This document shows, piece by piece, positions 60,633 to 64,000 of a stretch of DNA of 64,000 bases. Origin of the DNA: Methanolinea sp. Its GTDB lineage: Archaea; Halobacteriota; Methanomicrobia; Methanomicrobiales; Methanospirillaceae. The stretch lies in NCBI GenBank assembly GCA_033813295.1, contig JAPXRZ010000002.1, forward strand, positions 75,803 to 139,802. Reading direction: 5' to 3'. Numbering within the stretch: position 1 is the first letter of the stretch; the number at the start of each line of letters is the position of its first letter. The position numbers and the translations under genes are program-made. The notes beneath the pieces are model-generated. The model was given only the letters and a program-made list of their open reading frames with translations. It searched no databases and was not told the origin of the DNA.

Positions 60633-60938
60633 CCAATCTGACCATCTAGAACTGATTAATGAATCAAAAGGCATCATATTCCTAAAACAAGCATGCCTGT
60701 ATCAGATCTGAGCTTTCATTTCCTATGGAAACCGGTCATGCCGGCGGATGCCATGAGGATGCAGGTAAGGCCATGACAAGGTGAGCCGTGCCCATCAAGG
60801 GGGGTATCTCACCATACGTTTGCAGGCATTCAAAGCTCCTGGGAATGGAGCACGGGGATATTCCCTAGAGTAGGGGCGGGATGCCTTATGGAGCCAGGCT
60901 CATACCTTTAATCAACTCCAGGGAGGATCAGGTACAGG

Positions 60939-61430
60939 ATGAAGCCACCCGGGCATGAACAGGACATGCAGGTCATCGCAGCGGTCATTACGGTATCCTC
61001 GACCAGGACAGCCGCGGAGGACAGGAGCGGCCAGGTCATCAGGGATTTACTGGCATCCGCCGGGATCCAGACTGGCCACTATACCATCGTTCCTGATTCG
61101 CAGGAAGCCATCCGCAGGGAAGTCTTTCTCGCCATGGATACGTGCAACTGCATTATCCTCTCGGGGGGGACGGGTCTAACCCACGATGACTGCACCATCG
61201 AGGCTATCGCCCCATTCCTTGACAAGAAGATCGAAGGGTTTGGAGAGCTGTTCAGGGCCATGAGCATGAAGGAGGTCGGGACTTCGGCCCTCCTCTCGCG
61301 GGCGGTGGCCGGAGTGACCCATGGAAAGGCTGTCTTCTGCATCCCCGGGTCCACCGGGGCTGTGACCCTCGCAACCCGGGACCTCATCATCCCTGAGGTC
61401 CGGCATATCCTTACCCACGCGAACAAGTAA
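60939..61430 (+). CDS. moaB: molybdenum cofactor biosynthesis protein MoaB/MogA family
   Basis: Motifs VITVSSTR, ILSGGTGLTHDD and IPGSTGAV. A GGGAGG SD lies upstream of ATG 60939. Confidence 0.9.
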   Translation: MKPPGHEQDMQVIAAVITVSSTRTAAEDRSGQVIRDLLASAGIQTGHYTIVPDSQEAIRREVFLAMDTCNCIILSGGTGLTHDDCTIEAIAPFLDKKIEGFGELFRAMSMKEVGTSALLSRAVAGVTHGKAVFCIPGSTGAVTLATRDLIIPEVRHILTHANK

Positions 61431-61993
61431 AACGGTAGACGGTCACCGGTAGACCTCGAGGAGGACCACCCGCTCCAGGACAAGATCCTTCACCCGTCAG
61501 GACATACAACAGCGAATTTTACCAGGCCTTCTCCTCGAGACCCGGGACCTCATCATCCCTGAGGTCCGGCATATCCTTACCCACGCGAACAAGTAAAAAC
61601 GGTGGATGGTCACCGGTAGACCTCGAGAGGACCACCCTCCAGGACCAGATCCTTCACCCGTCAGGACATACAACAGCGAATTTTCCAGGCCTTCTCCTCG
61701 AGACCCGGGACTTCATCATCCCTGAGGTCCGGCATATCCTTACCCACGCGAACAAGTCAAAGCGGTAGACGGTCACCGGTAGTCCTCGAGGAGGACCACC
61801 CGCTCCAGGACCAGATCCTTCATCCGTCAGGACATACAACAGCGAATTTTACCAGGCCTTCTCCTCGAGACCCGGGACTTCATCATCCCTGAGGTCCGGC
61901 ATATCCTTACCCACGCGAACAAGTCAAAGCGGTAGACGGTCACCGGTAGACCTCGAGGAGGACCACCCGCTCCAGGACCAGATCCTTCATCCG
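61374..61993. repeat. tandem array of about 3.75 copies of a ~165-bp unit made of the moaB 3' end, a spacer and the cgi121 3' end
   Basis: Unit starts (acccgggac) are at 61374, 61540, 61703 and 61870 (periods 166, 163 and 167). Copies look more than 90% identical by eye. Copy 1 is the true moaB end and copy 4 the true cgi121 end. Confidence 0.9.
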
Positions 61994-62455
61994 GTCCGGG
62001 CCTACTACAGAGAGCTCTTCCGCGGTGATAGAGAAGAGTTCCATCAAGAGGTTTGCTTTCTCCGGCGGGATCTCTTCCCAGTTTTCGTTCCCGGCAGGGG
62101 CGACCAGGGGGGCGAGTTCCTTCCATGCCCCGTCGCTGTCAGGGCAGAGGCAGAGGTAAGCCCGGTTCTCGCCAGGGTGCAGCCCAAAAACTGACCCATG
62201 GACAATCTGCCGGGACCCTGAAGCATAGAGCAGGACCTCCATCTCGAAACGGGAAGAGATCATGGTCCCGGCGGCCTCCGCGCGGAGGGCGTGGTTCAGG
62301 GCTGCCTGGACGTGATCACGCCCTGCAACCCGGTCCGCACCGATGAAAACCACCCGGGAGTTCCACCGGTCGCTGATTCCCCGGATCAAAGCCAGGAACG
62401 CATCAACCTCAGGGACGCTGATCCGCACCTGGCGCTGCGAGCAGCAGCCGGTCAT
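61940..62455 (-). CDS. cgi121: KEOPS complex subunit Cgi121
   Basis: About 171 aa. Motifs FIGADRVAGRDHVQAALNHALRA, EMEVLLYASGSRQI and a C-terminal LERVVLLEV. ATG 62455 overlaps the hel308 stop by 1 nt. Confidence 0.7.
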   Translation of the reverse strand: MTGCCSQRQVRISVPEVDAFLALIRGISDRWNSRVVFIGADRVAGRDHVQAALNHALRAEAAGTMISSRFEMEVLLYASGSRQIVHGSVFGLHPGENRAYLCLCPDSDGAWKELAPLVAPAGNENWEEIPPEKANLLMELFSITAEELSVVGPDRMKDLVLERVVLLEVYR

Positions 62456-64000
62456 CACCGCCCCCTCCCGAATTCAGGAAGCGTAGACTGGCCCGGGGAA
62501 TACTCCGCAGGCTCCGGAGAATCTGCGGGCCCCGAATTCTCCAGCTGCCGGAAGATCTGCTGGGTTATGCCCTTTCCCAGGATAGCCGTAACACGGTCCT
62601 TTCCAGCAGCCTGTAGCGCCTCGGGACTGGTAAGACCGTTGTTGAAGAGCCGGCGCGCCCGGACTCTTCCGATACCCCGAAGCCTGATAAGGGGAAGGAG
62701 CTCCCGGCGGACGCCATGCTTCATACAGACTTCGAATTCACGGATGGGCCGTGCGAAGCGGGGGGAAAACATCCCTGCCAGTCTCCCGGCCGCATGGAGG
62801 AGCCAGTTGACGCTCTCGACCTGATTGAAGATGTCTCCCGGGCCAACAGAGTAGCGCTCGCAGATGATGGCGTCCGTGACCTCGTTTGCCCAGTCGTGGA
62901 GGAGCATGGCAGTCTTCAGCCCCCGGTAAAATGACTCCTCCTCGCCGAACGGCAGGGAGAGCCAGAGGTCAGGCTCGTGCTCGCAGAAGAACCGGTCCAG
63001 GTAATGGAGGTCGCGGTTGGCAACATACAGGGTGAACATGTCAGGGGTGCTGCATACCAGTTGCAGGAGCCCGATATCCGAGTAGTTCTCCGCTTCACAC
63101 ATCCCGCAGACGATCGATTCCGCTCCGCGTGGATCGATGTAGAGCTGTGAGACCAGGGCCCCGTACTCGGTTGCCGAGAGGCGGCCGCCGTTTTCAACAA
63201 CCATCTCGGCATTCTCGAGGAAACGGAAGGCCTGGTCCAGCATCCCGCCGATGACCCGGCTGCCCTTGTGCTGGTGCATGTAGAAGGTTCGGCCCATGAA
63301 ATCCAGGAGCTCTTCCCCTGTTCGGACGAACCCTGAAGCGATCAGGGAAAGGACATGGGTCGTGAGCGCGGAAACGCTGGCACACTGGGAGGAGACGTCT
63401 TCGGGGGCCGAATTGATATAGAACTCAAACAATGCAGGGATCTCGTCCTGGTCCCTTGCTATCAGCACCGCTTCTCCATACGGGTCCAGATGGGGCCGCC
63501 CGGCCCTCCCGGCCATCTGGTGATATTCCCTCGCAGGGATGGGTACCATGCCCTCCCCGGATTCGTACCGGCGGTAATCCCGTATTATCACCCTCCTTGC
63601 AGGAAGGTTCAGGCCTGCTGCAAGCGTCGGCGTCGAGGCGATGCACCGGATATGTCCTTTGCGGAAGCCTTCCTCGACGATCCTCCGTTCATCGCGCCTG
63701 AGCCCGGCATGGTGGAAAGCGGCACCCCTGCCAACACAGACGGCGAGCGTTCGGTCCATTTCAGTCTCGGCCAGCTTTTCCAGCTGCCTGGCGTACTCTC
63801 CCAGCTCAGGGCTGTCGCATTCCAGTTTTTTTGCCGCCCGCTTAGCAAAAGCCTCGGCATTTTTCCGTGAGGCCACGAATACAAGGCACTGGCCCCCCTC
63901 GGCCACTGTGTCCGCGAGCAGGTCAAGGTCCTCGTACTTCGAGACCTGGGCAACCTGGCGGGTCCCCGAGTGGAAATGGATCGCCCCCTGGTAAAATACA
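62455..64000 (-). CDS. hel308: Hel308/Ski2-like ATP-dependent DNA helicase (N-terminal part lies outside the window)
   Basis: Motifs CLVFVASRKNAE, AFHHAGL, CIASTPTLAAGLNLPARRVII, QMAGRAGRP and a C-terminal HhH (LIRLRGIGRVRARRL). The frame stays open to the window edge. Confidence 0.9.
   Translation of the reverse strand, partial: VFYQGAIHFHSGTRQVAQVSKYEDLDLLADTVAEGGQCLVFVASRKNAEAFAKRAAKKLECDSPELGEYARQLEKLAETEMDRTLAVCVGRGAAFHHAGLRRDERRIVEEGFRKGHIRCIASTPTLAAGLNLPARRVIIRDYRRYESGEGMVPIPAREYHQMAGRAGRPHLDPYGEAVLIARDQDEIPALFEFYINSAPEDVSSQCASVSALTTHVLSLIASGFVRTGEELLDFMGRTFYMHQHKGSRVIGGMLDQAFRFLENAEMVVENGGRLSATEYGALVSQLYIDPRGAESIVCGMCEAENYSDIGLLQLVCSTPDMFTLYVANRDLHYLDRFFCEHEPDLWLSLPFGEEESFYRGLKTAMLLHDWANEVTDAIICERYSVGPGDIFNQVESVNWLLHAAGRLAGMFSPRFARPIREFEVCMKHGVRRELLPLIRLRGIGRVRARRLFNNGLTSPEALQAAGKDRVTAILGKGITQQIFRQLENSGPADSPEPAEYSPGQSTLPEFGRGR

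Larger units (their letters stand above)
59778..60938. other. predicted chromosomal replication origin (oriC): inverted ORB elements flanking an AT-rich unwinding region
   Basis: This is the only large AT-rich non-coding block in the window, and it lies directly upstream of cdc6. It holds at least four ORB-like elements in opposed orientation. The 59935-60248 stretch is very AT-rich with A/T runs. Confidence 0.75.

Noticed and set aside
61374-61993. Possible CRISPR array or MITE cluster.
   Set aside because: The units are contiguous with no unique spacers, are ~165 bp long, and are plainly copies of the two flanking gene ends. There are no terminal inverted repeats and no cas genes.
61654-62126. 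Track ORFs 61654-61839 (-) and 61827-62126 (-) with near-identical peptides (...GGPPRGLPVTVYRFDLFAWVRICRTSGMMKSRVSRRRPGK).
   Set aside because: They are antisense readings of the repeated moaB 3'-end copies, so their similarity comes from the tandem array and is not evidence of a gene family.

Overview
High-GC (roughly 60% by eye) archaeal chromosome segment. The gene content fits a Methanomicrobiales-type methanogen: PolD small subunit, Orc1/Cdc6 beside an ORB-bearing origin, Hel308, Cgi121, archaeal riboflavin synthase, CofH-type radical-SAM enzymes, MEDS/PAS and TrpB2. I call about 62 tightly packed protein-coding genes. I recognised no rRNA, tRNA, CRISPR array, transposase or integrase. 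Main blocks, left to right: (1) a secreted beta-propeller protein, a SagB-like nitroreductase and Bcp. (2) A seven-gene trpEGDCFBA operon on the minus strand, chained by ATGA/GTGA overlaps, plus a separate trpB2. Both promoters carry the same three phased TGTACA-like hexamers. (3) A STAS protein with an MBL-fused kinase-like protein, divergent from a stand-alone condensation-domain protein. (4) A PEGA surface protein, an aldehyde dehydrogenase and a GerW/YtfJ-DUF2953-GerW triad. (5) A Yip1 / COG1361-like / ABC operon. (6) A magnesium-related neighbourhood: CorA, an NRAMP homologue with a non-canonical metal site, and a transmembrane-less MgtE sensor protein. (7) Housekeeping genes for riboflavin, purine, thiamine, F420-type, PLP and cobalamin pathways, plus PolD-DP1 and H+-PPase. 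(8) cdc6 next to a roughly 1.1-kb AT-rich origin with inverted ORB elements. (9) Two unusual tandem duplications of gene junctions: 3 x ~70 bp at purA/trm112 and ~3.75 x ~165 bp at moaB/cgi121. The ORF track uses GTG/TTG as well as ATG starts and always reports the longest ORF, so I trimmed several starts using gene overlaps, SD motifs and family N-termini. All functional calls come from motif recognition by eye; no database search was run.
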